A stretch of DNA of 64,000 nucleotides, from the NCBI GenBank assembly GCA_965649205.1, contig CBFGJV010000008.1, forward strand, positions 29,479 to 93,478, given 5' to 3'. This document shows, in pieces, positions 10,054-19,501 of the stretch. A program made the position numbers and the translations under genes. The notes below the pieces were generated by a model. It saw only the letters and a list, made by a program, of their open reading frames with translations, made no database searches and had not been told where the DNA came from. The first letter of the stretch is position 1; every line of letters begins with the position of its first letter. The stretch is from a candidate division WOR-3 bacterium (GTDB taxonomy: Bacteria; Hydrothermota; Tepidihabitantia; Tepidihabitantales; Tepidihabitantaceae).

Positions 10054-12375
10054 CTACTTTAAGGCCGCCAACGTCTGCCCGAGACAGATCCCCCCATCAT
10101 TAGGCGGCACTTGGCGGTTCAAGAGAACATCCAGACCAACCCCGGACAACCTGGAGACAAGACCGCGGCGGAGAATGGAATTCTGGACAACCCCACCGGA
10201 CAAGGCTACGAGTTTTGTTTTGTACTTCCTCGCCAATTCGAGCGCAGCCCTAGACAGCTCAGCCACGAGCGTGTAATGAAACCTCGCGGCAACGACATTC
10301 TCATTTGTTCCCCGCAGAAGGTCTTTCTCTACGGCATATAATATAACCTCTGGTTTTACAACGAGATATCCATCTGTCCACTGCGTGGCGGCCAATTTAT
10401 AGCCGCTATGCCTTCCTGCTCCTGCGGCTGCTTCGAGCGCGGCTGGTGCTTGACCGTCAAAGGTTGCATGTTTGCATATCCCTGTCATTGCCGCCACCGC
10501 ATCGAACAGGCGGCCCATTGAGGACGTCAACAGTTCCCTCCCATACTTAACATCAACCGAGCGTGGTATTTTTTCGCCCAGATTATTGCGTTGCCTTGCC
10601 TGCCTCAGGTAGGAAGCGGCGACAAGCGAGGGGTTAGGAACAGTTGTGCTTGGCACCGCCGGTAATTGTAGATAACCTAGATGTCCTACCCGTTCCCAGC
10701 TTAAGTCCGGGTGTACCAGAAGGAATTCACAGCCCCATATTGCTTGATCGGTTCCATATCCAGTTCCGTCCAGCGCCAGACCAAGGACTCTTTCGTCAGT
10801 ACCCCACTCGGCAAGAACGGACAATATATGAGCTAAGTGATGCTGTACCCTTACAAGGGAAACGCCCCAATTCTTGGCTAGGCGGGCAGCCAGATTACTT
10901 GATAGATAGTCTGGGTGCATATCGCATGCTACCCGTTCCGGTCTTATACCTGTCCAGTGTAGCAGTCTATCCAAGGCTTCGATAAAAAATGATTCTGTCC
11001 CTTTGTCGTTCATGTCTCCTATGTGGGGGCCTATTATAGCCCGGTCCTTTTCTGCGATGCAGAAGGTATTCTTCAAGTCAGACCCCACTGCTAGTACTGG
11101 ATGTTTCACGTGAAACGTCGGGGCCAGTTTAATAACCAGCGGTGTATAACCCCGGGCAAGCCGAATGGGCAACAATAATTCAGTCCGAGGTTTGCACTTG
11201 CTTTTGTTTTCTTTCGTGGCCAACACTACCGAGTCGTCGCAACGGTTAGCAATGGGACGATTATGCGTCAGCACGAAGTCAACCTTGCCGGAAAGCAGTT
11301 TGAATAACTCCCGTTCATCCTTGATGATGGGAGAACCGCCAAGGTTGGCGCTGGTCATAACTAGGACTACAGGTTTCTTAAGCCTGCGCAGTTCGCGGAA
11401 GAGGAGAAGATGCAGGGGGGTGTAGGGAAGCATAATTCCCAGCCGGTTGGTATGGGGGGCTACAAATTCAGAAACAGCGAGTTGGCAACTCTGCTTTAGT
11501 GGCTTTTTCGCCAGCAGAACTATGGGGGCGGCTGGGGAACGTAACAGTTTTTCTTCCGCCTTGGTTACACGGCACAGTTTTCGAATGTTGGCAACCGAAT
11601 CGCACATCAAGGCCAACGGCTTATCTGGCCTATTTTTAAGCAGCCTTAACTTCTGCACCGCCTTATTGGAAGTAGCATCACAAGCCAACTGGAATCCGCC
11701 TAAGCTTTTTATGGCCACTATGCGACCGCGATTGAGTTCTTCTGCGGTTCGTAGAAGGGGATCACAACTGACTGGTCTTCCGTAGCCGTCCAGCAGAGAC
11801 AAGGTTGGCCCGCAGCTAGGGCAGGCGTTAGGCTGGGCATGAAAGCGTCTGTCAGCGGGACTGGTATATTCTTTCCTGCATTCGGCGCACATGGTGAACA
11901 GTTTCATTGTGGTACACGGCCGGTCATAGGGGAGGTGTTCTATAATTGTAAACCTTGGTCCACACTGAGTGCAGTTCGTAAATGCGTATCCGTATCTCCT
12001 GTTTTTGGGAGATGTTATATCTTTAACGCATTCCCGACACACGGCTAAATCTGGAAGCACTTCAACCGTGGCTTTGGCTTTGCGCTTACTTCGCAGGATT
12101 CGGAAGCTTTTAGCTGGCGCCAGGGAGATGGCTTTAAGTTCCATGCTGGTTATGCGTGACATCGATGGGGGGCGTTTCTTTAGCTCTTCTGCTAACTTGC
12201 GAGCGTTCGGGCCCTGCGCCACTATCACCACGCCTTCACTGGTGTTGGCTACGCTCCCGGTGACACCTAGGGTACGTGCCAACCGATAAACATACGGTCT
12301 GAAACCAACGCCCTGTACCCCCCCGCGGACCACAATGCGTAGAGAGGGAACCAAACCACTCTTCTTACGTAACAT
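10054..12375 (-). CDS. hypF: [NiFe]-hydrogenase maturation carbamoyltransferase
   Basis: GGVQGVGFRP acylphosphatase domain, CTQCGPRF and RFHAQPNACPSCGP Zn fingers, QHHLAH, DGTGYG, PPNDGG. Confidence 0.96.
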   Translation of the reverse strand: MLRKKSGLVPSLRIVVRGGVQGVGFRPYVYRLARTLGVTGSVANTSEGVVIVAQGPNARKLAEELKKRPPSMSRITSMELKAISLAPAKSFRILRSKRKAKATVEVLPDLAVCRECVKDITSPKNRRYGYAFTNCTQCGPRFTIIEHLPYDRPCTTMKLFTMCAECRKEYTSPADRRFHAQPNACPSCGPTLSLLDGYGRPVSCDPLLRTAEELNRGRIVAIKSLGGFQLACDATSNKAVQKLRLLKNRPDKPLALMCDSVANIRKLCRVTKAEEKLLRSPAAPIVLLAKKPLKQSCQLAVSEFVAPHTNRLGIMLPYTPLHLLLFRELRRLKKPVVLVMTSANLGGSPIIKDERELFKLLSGKVDFVLTHNRPIANRCDDSVVLATKENKSKCKPRTELLLPIRLARGYTPLVIKLAPTFHVKHPVLAVGSDLKNTFCIAEKDRAIIGPHIGDMNDKGTESFFIEALDRLLHWTGIRPERVACDMHPDYLSSNLAARLAKNWGVSLVRVQHHLAHILSVLAEWGTDERVLGLALDGTGYGTDQAIWGCEFLLVHPDLSWERVGHLGYLQLPAVPSTTVPNPSLVAASYLRQARQRNNLGEKIPRSVDVKYGRELLTSSMGRLFDAVAAMTGICKHATFDGQAPAALEAAAGAGRHSGYKLAATQWTDGYLVVKPEVILYAVEKDLLRGTNENVVAARFHYTLVAELSRAALELARKYKTKLVALSGGVVQNSILRRGLVSRLSGVGLDVLLNRQVPPNDGGICLGQTLAALK
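11102..11117. promoter_or_regulatory. parS centromere site inside hypF
   Basis: TGTTTCACGTGAAACG, 15/16 match to consensus TGTTTCACGTGAAACA; encodes TFHVKH. Confidence 0.85.
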
Positions 12376-12443
12376 TTTGTGGCATAATGGGTTATATTAT
12401 TAAAACTAACGCCGCTGCAAGTTCTGAATTATGCGGACTAGAA

Positions 12444-13622
12444 TTAGTCGCTAGCGGTTTCCTTCCGCTTGTCGGCCTCTTTATTCGTGATTGGCTCTAT
12501 CAAATCCTGTTCCTCGTCAGGCCTTTCCAAAAGATTCTTGTCGTCCTTTTTCTTGACCAGCACGGCAAAAGTCAGTGTGCAACCTGAATACCAGACAGAG
12601 CAACTGTATGCCAATACCATAATCGCCGCAGCGTACAGGCAGATGCCGAGCAGAAGCGAGGCGACAACTCCGGACCAACCCGACGCCTGCGGCGTGTAGA
12701 AGGAGGGCACGGGTTCGCAGGTACCCGGCAGTCCTACCAGTTCAGTGTAACGCAGCAGGGCAAGGCGCAACTGTTCCGGTACCCAGCTAGGCAACACTAT
12801 TTTCAAGAAATATCCCGCGTCCGAGAGAACATCCGCCAGCTTGGGACCGGTAACTAGGCCGACTATACTAACGCCGATGCGTGCGGCAACGCTGGTAGCC
12901 AAACCAAATACTACGAATCCTAATTTCGCCAACAAGGCGCTGGTGGCGGTATATAGCACCAGACGGGCGGGTTGTTCGTTCACGCAGGAAAAGACCTCAA
13001 ATATCGTGTCAAACATATCGTTGCGGCTGGTACCCACGACACTAGGGGTAAGCAAGAGGCAGAAAAAAAGAACGACAAGCAGATAAAGTATGAAAAAGGA
13101 GGCGGCCAGACCGGGTAAGGCCAGCAAGCCGACGATGATTTCGCCTAGATAGGGAATACGACCCAACAACCCCAAAAGCAGTCCAAATACCGCTATTACT
13201 GCCACAAACCCCAGTATAAGGAGGGGGCTGCCCAGCACTGACGAAAGATGGCGAAGGGCAAAACGATACGCTTCCCGGGATTCATAGAACTCATCTCCCC
13301 GCAACTGCTCATAAAGAATTTTGGATACGGCAGTTCCTGCTACCAGCACACAGGCTACAAAGAAAACCACCCCCAACCCGAAGATAACCCACGAAAACCA
13401 AGGGAACACAATTTCTTGAGGATTCGGAAAAGGCAGAAGACGATAGTTCTCCCACAACGAGAGATAATCAGCCCCCGCAGTTAAACAGGCAAGGTAGGAA
13501 AAAAAGGAATAGCCGGCAAGGCCTACCAGAAGCCCCACTGACATCACCCAAATCTTTTTCGCGGAAAAACCCAATCGCAGGCTGCGAAAAACATCTTTGT
13601 AATTAAAGTGGAGTTTTGTCAC
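12444..13622 (-). CDS. Hypothetical polytopic membrane protein
   Basis: 392 aa, 6-7 hydrophobic segments, AAAGGAGAGG RBS before GTG. Confidence 0.8.
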   Translation of the reverse strand: MTKLHFNYKDVFRSLRLGFSAKKIWVMSVGLLVGLAGYSFFSYLACLTAGADYLSLWENYRLLPFPNPQEIVFPWFSWVIFGLGVVFFVACVLVAGTAVSKILYEQLRGDEFYESREAYRFALRHLSSVLGSPLLILGFVAVIAVFGLLLGLLGRIPYLGEIIVGLLALPGLAASFFILYLLVVLFFCLLLTPSVVGTSRNDMFDTIFEVFSCVNEQPARLVLYTATSALLAKLGFVVFGLATSVAARIGVSIVGLVTGPKLADVLSDAGYFLKIVLPSWVPEQLRLALLRYTELVGLPGTCEPVPSFYTPQASGWSGVVASLLLGICLYAAAIMVLAYSCSVWYSGCTLTFAVLVKKKDDKNLLERPDEEQDLIEPITNKEADKRKETASD

Positions 13623-13649
13623 AACCTCTCCTTTCTGTAGAAAATTCTT

Positions 13650-13775
13650 CTACATCAGGCGCTTCGCCACCAAAAGGATAAATGCCAACAGCCCCAAGGC
13701 AAGAAACATAAAAACCCAGCGTAGCGGCAAAGGATAGTGGCGAACAGGAAAAAAGCGTCTTCTGAACTGCACCAT
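13650..13775 (-). CDS. 41-aa single-TM small protein (MVQFRRRFFPVRHYPLPLRWVFMFLALGLLAFILLVAKRLM)
   Basis: Manual translation; basic N-terminus plus TM helix; TTGACA-16-TAGCAT promoter just upstream. Confidence 0.5.
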   Translation of the reverse strand: MVQFRRRFFPVRHYPLPLRWVFMFLALGLLAFILLVAKRLM

Positions 13776-13838
13776 TACTGCTGCCGGGTTATGCTACCGG
13801 CAACCTGGCTTGTGTCAAGTGTGACCGACGCGTAGAGT

Positions 13839-15440
13839 TCAGTCAGTTAAAACCAGTGTGGCAGCGAGGATACCCTTTGGTCCGGTTGCGCAGCAGAGGT
13901 AAATGCCCGGACTGGCGCGATTCCCGAGGTCATCGTATCCATCCCACACCGCCCAGCTTTCTCCGGCTGTTTCTTGTTTTGTGGTGAGTGTCCGTACCAG
14001 CCGGCCGGAAGAGTTGTAAATCCTGAGTTCGGACTGTGAGTTGGTAAGCATCAACCGGGCCGTCTTGGAAAAGGGGTTGGGTTTCACCCGCAGGTGGGGG
14101 CGCGCAGGCGGGAAAGACGGAGGATTCTCGGTAACCCCGGTAGCGACGCGGGCACCGGCAAGTTTAGCTAAAGAGGCGACGGCTGCCCTTATTGCTCTGG
14201 TAGCCATAGGCCAGTTGTTTGTGCCGCAGTTTACCTCATACAGAGGGCCGATAGTGTCGCCGATAGTGTGATACTTGGGGGTAAAATCGTGCTCTATTCC
14301 GCAGAAGGCGACATAGCCTTTCCACCAGAATGGGGCATGATCAGAGTAATCGTATTGGTTGGACGTGGTCATTATCTTTTTGGTTTTCAGCGGCCCGAAA
14401 GTGTCGCACTGGGCTCGATAGAAATCTACCAGCCAAGTGCAGTTGGGGCTGGAGGAACGGCCGATGACTTCCAAAGTATCCTTGCCCATGCGAGCGTAGG
14501 AAATCATATCAAAGTTCAGCACAGCGCGGATCGAATCACGGCGGCGATAAGCTCGACTGGCAAAACTGTCGGAGCCGTAAAGCCCTTGCTCTTCTCCGGT
14601 GAAGCCGATGAAGTATACGGTGTAGTCAAAGTCTATTCCATGAAAGACCCGACAGGCTTCCAGCACTGCAGTAGCGCCGGAAGCGTTGTCGTCTGCGCCC
14701 GGACAGCGGTTGGGCTGCTGGTTTGACGTATTGTCCACATGGCCGCAAATGATATATATTTTTGTTGGGTCCAGTTTCCCTTTTTTGACCCCGATTATAT
14801 TGGGCGCAAAGCCGGAGCGGAACGTTTCTAAGGCAGTGGAGTCACACCCGTAGGCGATGAATTTTTGGCGCATCCATTCAACTGCCCGGCGACAGGAGTC
14901 AGTGGTAGAATAGCGGGTGTAGAAGTTTTGCAACCGACGAATAGTGGCTAACACCGAGTCTTCGCTTACCTTGTCCACCAAGCTCCACACCAAGCTGTCT
15001 GACAAGGCTGGCAGAGGAGGAGGGGAGACCGGTAGCTCGGCGTAAACCAGTGGCTCCGTGCCGACCCGGCTTAACTCCACAGGGAGACGGTTCAATTCGT
15101 CCACAGCGGCTTCGGTTGTAGCTAGGAGCACAGAACGGCTCTCTTCCAAGAGTATGCGGCCGTGGCGAGCAAGCTGGTTGCGATTCCAATCCGGCGGGAC
15201 AAAAACCCAGAGCCACACTCTTTCAGGAACGAGTTCATCCAGCAAGGTTAGCCCGGGTCGGTGCAGTTGCTCGGAAGCGGCCAAGACTAAGCACCAAGTT
15301 CCGTAGTCGCGCAGAACCGTAAGTCCGGAGGCAGAAAAATCGGCTCCAGACTGCCCGGGCAGTAAATCAGCTTTCACCAGATAAGTGGGGCCGGCTGCGG
15401 CTAGGGTGACACACATACAGAACACGGCTAGATACTTCAC
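13839..15440 (-). CDS. Secreted M28 aminopeptidase with T9SS/FlgD-Ig-like C-terminal domain
   Basis: GHVD, PGADDNASG, GEEQGLYGS, SDHAPF, YHTIGD; C-terminal PNPFS..IYNSSGRLVRTL..WDG..GIY; start GTG 15440 after AAAGGA. Confidence 0.9.
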   Translation of the reverse strand: MKYLAVFCMCVTLAAAGPTYLVKADLLPGQSGADFSASGLTVLRDYGTWCLVLAASEQLHRPGLTLLDELVPERVWLWVFVPPDWNRNQLARHGRILLEESRSVLLATTEAAVDELNRLPVELSRVGTEPLVYAELPVSPPPLPALSDSLVWSLVDKVSEDSVLATIRRLQNFYTRYSTTDSCRRAVEWMRQKFIAYGCDSTALETFRSGFAPNIIGVKKGKLDPTKIYIICGHVDNTSNQQPNRCPGADDNASGATAVLEACRVFHGIDFDYTVYFIGFTGEEQGLYGSDSFASRAYRRRDSIRAVLNFDMISYARMGKDTLEVIGRSSSPNCTWLVDFYRAQCDTFGPLKTKKIMTTSNQYDYSDHAPFWWKGYVAFCGIEHDFTPKYHTIGDTIGPLYEVNCGTNNWPMATRAIRAAVASLAKLAGARVATGVTENPPSFPPARPHLRVKPNPFSKTARLMLTNSQSELRIYNSSGRLVRTLTTKQETAGESWAVWDGYDDLGNRASPGIYLCCATGPKGILAATLVLTD

Positions 15441-15560
15441 GGTTAGGTCCTTTCTTTGTCTTTGCGGCCAGCCCAAAGCTTTGTCCGGCCGCAAATATAA
15501 GGATAGGACGGCAGTCAGACACTGTCAAACTTGTTGAGAGATAAGTAGCAGTAGTTTGGC

Positions 15561-18500
15561 TTATGAAACCAACCGTAGCGTCAATATTTCAAAAGGCCCT
15601 AGGCTAAACTCCAGCCTGCCCGCCTTGAGTTTGATTTCCTTGAGAAGCCTTTCCAGCAAGTCGGCCCTGAACACCTGGCGGGGGCAGTGGGCAAATTCTA
15701 GCACCGCCTGCGCAGGCTGGCCGTAAGCCTCATACAGCCGCAGGACAATATCGCGGGCACTATTGCTCTTGCTTGAAGTCTGTATGTTCGTTGTCAGCTC
15801 CGGTTCGGCCAGCTTTATTGTTTCCACTATCACATTGGGCACATTCAGCCGGAACAGGCTTTGCGCTACCTCTCCGACCGGAGCTTTGGTCGCAAAGGCA
15901 CGTAGGGGCACGTTCAGACTGTAACCTTCCTGGATCACAGAACCTTCGCGGAAACCGCCAGGGTGAGGAAACAGGGCATAGGTGAACTCGTGTTCGCCCA
16001 TATCTGCGTCAGGATCAGGAAACTTGGGCGAGCGCAAAAGGTTCAGGTCTAGGATATTGCCCAAAACCTTATGCCCGTATTTACAGTCGTTCAGCAGAGC
16101 GACGCCGTATGTTGGGTCTGACAGGTCTGCCCAGCGATGAGCGGCGACCTCGAACTTAGCCATATCCCAACTGGTATTACGGTGGGTGGGCCGTTGCACA
16201 TGACCGAATTGTATTTCGTAGGTCGCTTGCTCAGACCGCACTGTTACGGGAAAGGAGGTACGCAGCATTTTTTGAGATTCGTGCCAATCCACGCGGGTGA
16301 CAAACTCCAATCTGCGGCTGCCTGCAGCCAGCCTTATCTGTTGCCAGAGACGAGAAGCAGCGCCAACTTTTCGTTCCTGAATGATGGAGGCGCGCAGAGG
16401 GCCTTTTTCCCCAACTCGGCACGAAACCAATTCTGCTTCTTGCGGCGGCTTTTCTTCGTAGAACAGGTCAACTTCCCAAGCTTCCCAAGCGGCGGGCGTG
16501 TCTTCGTACACAGCCAACACATTTCCCCTGGTGCCGGCAGGAATCACCTCTTTGTCCATTTCCTTGTCGTAGATGCGACATATGTGTCCTTTGCGGTCGA
16601 ATTCTACGCGCAGCAGCTCATTTTCCAGCGAACGGGTGGAAACTGACAAAGGGGAAGCGGTAACTGCGGATTCAGCACAGGGCCGCAGTAGCGTGTAACC
16701 AAGAGATGGCACCGTAGCTTTTACCAGCAGCTTATCGCCGACTGCCTGAGTAGGCAGGACGTTGCCCGCGGCATCGCGCACCACGTCAGGTTTACGGTTC
16801 CTGTGGGTATCCAGCGGAAGCTCCACCAAGTCCTCCCGGGCCCAGGAAAGAGAATTCACTACGAGAAAAGCCGGAGTGGCTGCGGCGCGGGAAGCGGAAC
16901 GCGGCAGCTTTTTGCCATCTGATTGCCGTAGAAGAAGGCGGGGGCCGAAGTCGGCAATAACTTTTTGCGCAAACTGTGTGATTTCCTCGTAGTGTTTAGC
17001 GCTGTCTTTATACACCCAGCCAATAGAAGAGCCGGGTATGATGTCGTGAAACTGATTGAGCAAAAGGAGCTTCCAGACCCGCTCGAAACCTTCCTGCGGA
17101 TATTCCGCGGGGAAGAAGCTGGCTAGAAACTCCGCTTCGCGCAGAAGCAACTCAGCCTTTCGGTTTGCTTTTTTGTTACGCGCCTGCGTGGTTAGGGTGC
17201 CGCGATGGAACTCCAGATACAGTTCCCCCTTCCAACAGGGCAGGTCCTTGGTCTCGGTTTCTGCCTGACGGAAAAACTGCCGCACAAATTGCTGCTTCAC
17301 ACGTGGTAGTTCTTCACAATTCTGGGAACGGCGGGCAAATTCCAGATGATGACGTGAGGGTCCACCACCGCCGTCGCCGTATCCGAAGGCATACAACCAG
17401 CGGGTACAGCGGTCTTTTTCGGCGAAATTCTTGGTCGCGTAGAGGAGACTTGCTGGGTCGAAGTCACTTCCATAGCTGTCTGCCGGAGGCAGATGGGCAA
17501 GAACCCTGCTGCCGTCCGGCCCTTCCCAGATGAAGGTGTGGTGGGGGAATTTGTTGAACTGATTCCAGGACATCTTGGTAGTGACGAAATACTTCACATT
17601 TGCCCGCCGCATTATCTGGGGCAGCGCCGCAGAATAACCGAAAACATCTGGCACCCACATATTATCTACTTCAATGCCAAACTCTGCCAGAAAGAACAGT
17701 TTGCCGTATAGAAACTGTCGCACCAGCGATTCGCCGCCCGTTACATTGCAATCTGACTCCACCCACATACCTCCGACCGGCTCCCACCTCTGGGCTTTCA
17801 CCGCTTCCTTAATGCGTTCGTACAGCTCCGGATACTGCTTTTTGACCGCCTCATACACCCACGCCTGACTGGCGCTGAACTTGTATTCCGGATACTCCCG
17901 CATATACAATAGGGCAGTGGAGAAAGTCCGGGCGGCTTTGCGCACCGTCTCGCGCAGGGGCCAGAGCCATGCCAAATCCAGATGCGAGTGTCCTATGGCG
18001 GAGACTTTTGGAGCGGAGACGTTGGCCCGGCGTTGCAGTTGCTCGCGTAGGGGCTGGCGGGCATAGGAAACGGCCTGGGGCGTAGGGATAGGCCGACGAT
18101 AGTATGATTCATAAATACCGTTCGGATCTAGGGAAGCGTAAGCCGGCGCCGGCCGACCGCCGTAACGGTTAACCGCTTCGTTGAGCGCATAACGTATCTG
18201 TGCACGGCGGGGATGGTCTTCGGGTAGAGCCAACATAAGGCCGTATAGAAACTTGAAATCGTGCAGAAATTCCCAGCCGTCCCGGCGGAAAAGAACCAGT
18301 CTGGCTTCTTTCAGATAACAGTTGGCCGATACGCCGAAAAGATGATTAGCCACTGCTTCTACTAGAAGTTCCACCGCTTCTCCGCCGCTCGCCTTCTGCG
18401 CCACCGGTACCAGCGCCTTGCGCGACCATTCGTCTCCACTTGTCAGTCCGCACACTGGCTCTCCGTTGCGGTTAAAAACGCAGGCTTCGCTACCGGTATC

Positions 18501-18815
18501 CAGCACTGCCCATACTTCCTTTCCCTCCCATTTCTGCGGGACGCGGCCGCGGAAACGGAACCAGGCGGTTTCCCAGTTGCCGCCCCAGCGCTCGCCGGCG
18601 GAGATTTTCTGCCAGTGGTGGGGTGAATTCTTACGACTTGCCTGGCGGATAAAAAGCGCGGGTGGGGCAAAAAGCTCTCCGGGCACTTCTGTATTTCCTA
18701 ACCCCAGATTTACGAACTCTGCTTCCAAAGGCACGGAATCTTCGTAATAAAACCAGCGGGCGTTTGCCAGAAAATTCGCCAGCCGTCGTTCGGTTAATTG
18801 CGGATGATGCAACAT
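15561..18815 (-). CDS. GH38 alpha-mannosidase
   Basis: GHSHLDLAWLWP, PDVFGYS, GELYLEFHRGT, NQFHDIIPGSSI, LLNDCKYG. Confidence 0.95.
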   Translation of the reverse strand: MLHHPQLTERRLANFLANARWFYYEDSVPLEAEFVNLGLGNTEVPGELFAPPALFIRQASRKNSPHHWQKISAGERWGGNWETAWFRFRGRVPQKWEGKEVWAVLDTGSEACVFNRNGEPVCGLTSGDEWSRKALVPVAQKASGGEAVELLVEAVANHLFGVSANCYLKEARLVLFRRDGWEFLHDFKFLYGLMLALPEDHPRRAQIRYALNEAVNRYGGRPAPAYASLDPNGIYESYYRRPIPTPQAVSYARQPLREQLQRRANVSAPKVSAIGHSHLDLAWLWPLRETVRKAARTFSTALLYMREYPEYKFSASQAWVYEAVKKQYPELYERIKEAVKAQRWEPVGGMWVESDCNVTGGESLVRQFLYGKLFFLAEFGIEVDNMWVPDVFGYSAALPQIMRRANVKYFVTTKMSWNQFNKFPHHTFIWEGPDGSRVLAHLPPADSYGSDFDPASLLYATKNFAEKDRCTRWLYAFGYGDGGGGPSRHHLEFARRSQNCEELPRVKQQFVRQFFRQAETETKDLPCWKGELYLEFHRGTLTTQARNKKANRKAELLLREAEFLASFFPAEYPQEGFERVWKLLLLNQFHDIIPGSSIGWVYKDSAKHYEEITQFAQKVIADFGPRLLLRQSDGKKLPRSASRAAATPAFLVVNSLSWAREDLVELPLDTHRNRKPDVVRDAAGNVLPTQAVGDKLLVKATVPSLGYTLLRPCAESAVTASPLSVSTRSLENELLRVEFDRKGHICRIYDKEMDKEVIPAGTRGNVLAVYEDTPAAWEAWEVDLFYEEKPPQEAELVSCRVGEKGPLRASIIQERKVGAASRLWQQIRLAAGSRRLEFVTRVDWHESQKMLRTSFPVTVRSEQATYEIQFGHVQRPTHRNTSWDMAKFEVAAHRWADLSDPTYGVALLNDCKYGHKVLGNILDLNLLRSPKFPDPDADMGEHEFTYALFPHPGGFREGSVIQEGYSLNVPLRAFATKAPVGEVAQSLFRLNVPNVIVETIKLAEPELTTNIQTSSKSNSARDIVLRLYEAYGQPAQAVLEFAHCPRQVFRADLLERLLKEIKLKAGRLEFSLGPFEILTLRLVS

Positions 18816-18978
18816 ACCAGCACCTGCCTTTCGTCTTATGCCGCCCCAGATGCTAAGAACGAGAAAGTTGAAGTCAAGAGAGAACGGCTTGGCTCTTACT
18901 CCAGAGACCGCGCAGGCGAAAAATGAAAATGCAGTTCAGCGCCTTGACACAAAATCCAGCAGGACTAATATCATAACG

Positions 18979-19269
18979 ATGGGTGATTACATCCATCTGT
19001 CTGGGTCGGTCCCAGCGCGGGTTACACTAACCAAACTGCTTCGCTGCGCCATAACAGTGGCTAGCGGCGAAGTGCTTGCCGCCTTGCTTCTTACTGGAGC
19101 AGTCCTTTTGTTCCGCAACGAGCCTCTGTTTGTTACCGTCAGGCAAACCCGTTGGACCGGATGGGTGTATCTGGGGCTGGGCCTGTATATGCTCGCCAAT
19201 TTTGCGCTTACTCTGCGCTGCTTGCTTTTTTCTTCAGCGCGCAGAAGCGGTTGCAGCCTTCCCGCCTGA
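18979..19269 (+). CDS. Small two-TM membrane protein
   Basis: Hydrophobic segments; TTGACA-16-TAATAT ends 7 nt before ATG 18979. Confidence 0.55.
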   Translation: MGDYIHLSGSVPARVTLTKLLRCAITVASGEVLAALLLTGAVLLFRNEPLFVTVRQTRWTGWVYLGLGLYMLANFALTLRCLLFSSARRSGCSLPA

Positions 19270-19309
19270 TTCTTTTCCGCACAAATTGAACGAGGACTGT
19301 ATGTCAAAC

Positions 19310-19377
19310 TTGACAACCTTCGGGTGATTCATATATTATTTCCGTAAGAGCCACCCCGCTGTAAGGTACAGCGGGGA
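19310..19377 (+). promoter_or_regulatory. Sigma70-like promoter followed by a 9-bp leader hairpin
   Basis: TTGACA 19310-19315, TATTAT 19334-19339; CCCCGCTGT-AAGGT-ACAGCGGGG. Confidence 0.5.
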
Positions 19378-19501
19378 GCTTGTTGCGAGGACAGAGCCTG
19401 AAAATTTGACAAATGAGAAAAGTTCATTTCAAGTTACATTTTCGCTACAAGGGCACAAAAGTCCGGGTATTTGCCTGGATTACAAGCAGAAAGGAGCAAA
19501 C

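Noticed and set aside
13636..13654. TGTAGAA-AATTC-TTCTACA hairpin reminiscent of a Cas12a repeat stem
   Set aside because: Single copy, no spacers and no cas genes; no CRISPR array was seen anywhere in the window
14670..14700. SGAT in the M28 peptidase as an ApbE flavinylation motif
   Set aside because: It is part of the GADDNASG zinc-binding motif
19302..19315. TGTCAA-AC-TTGACA palindrome as an operator
   Set aside because: One copy only and overlaps a -35 box; no matching regulator or second site found
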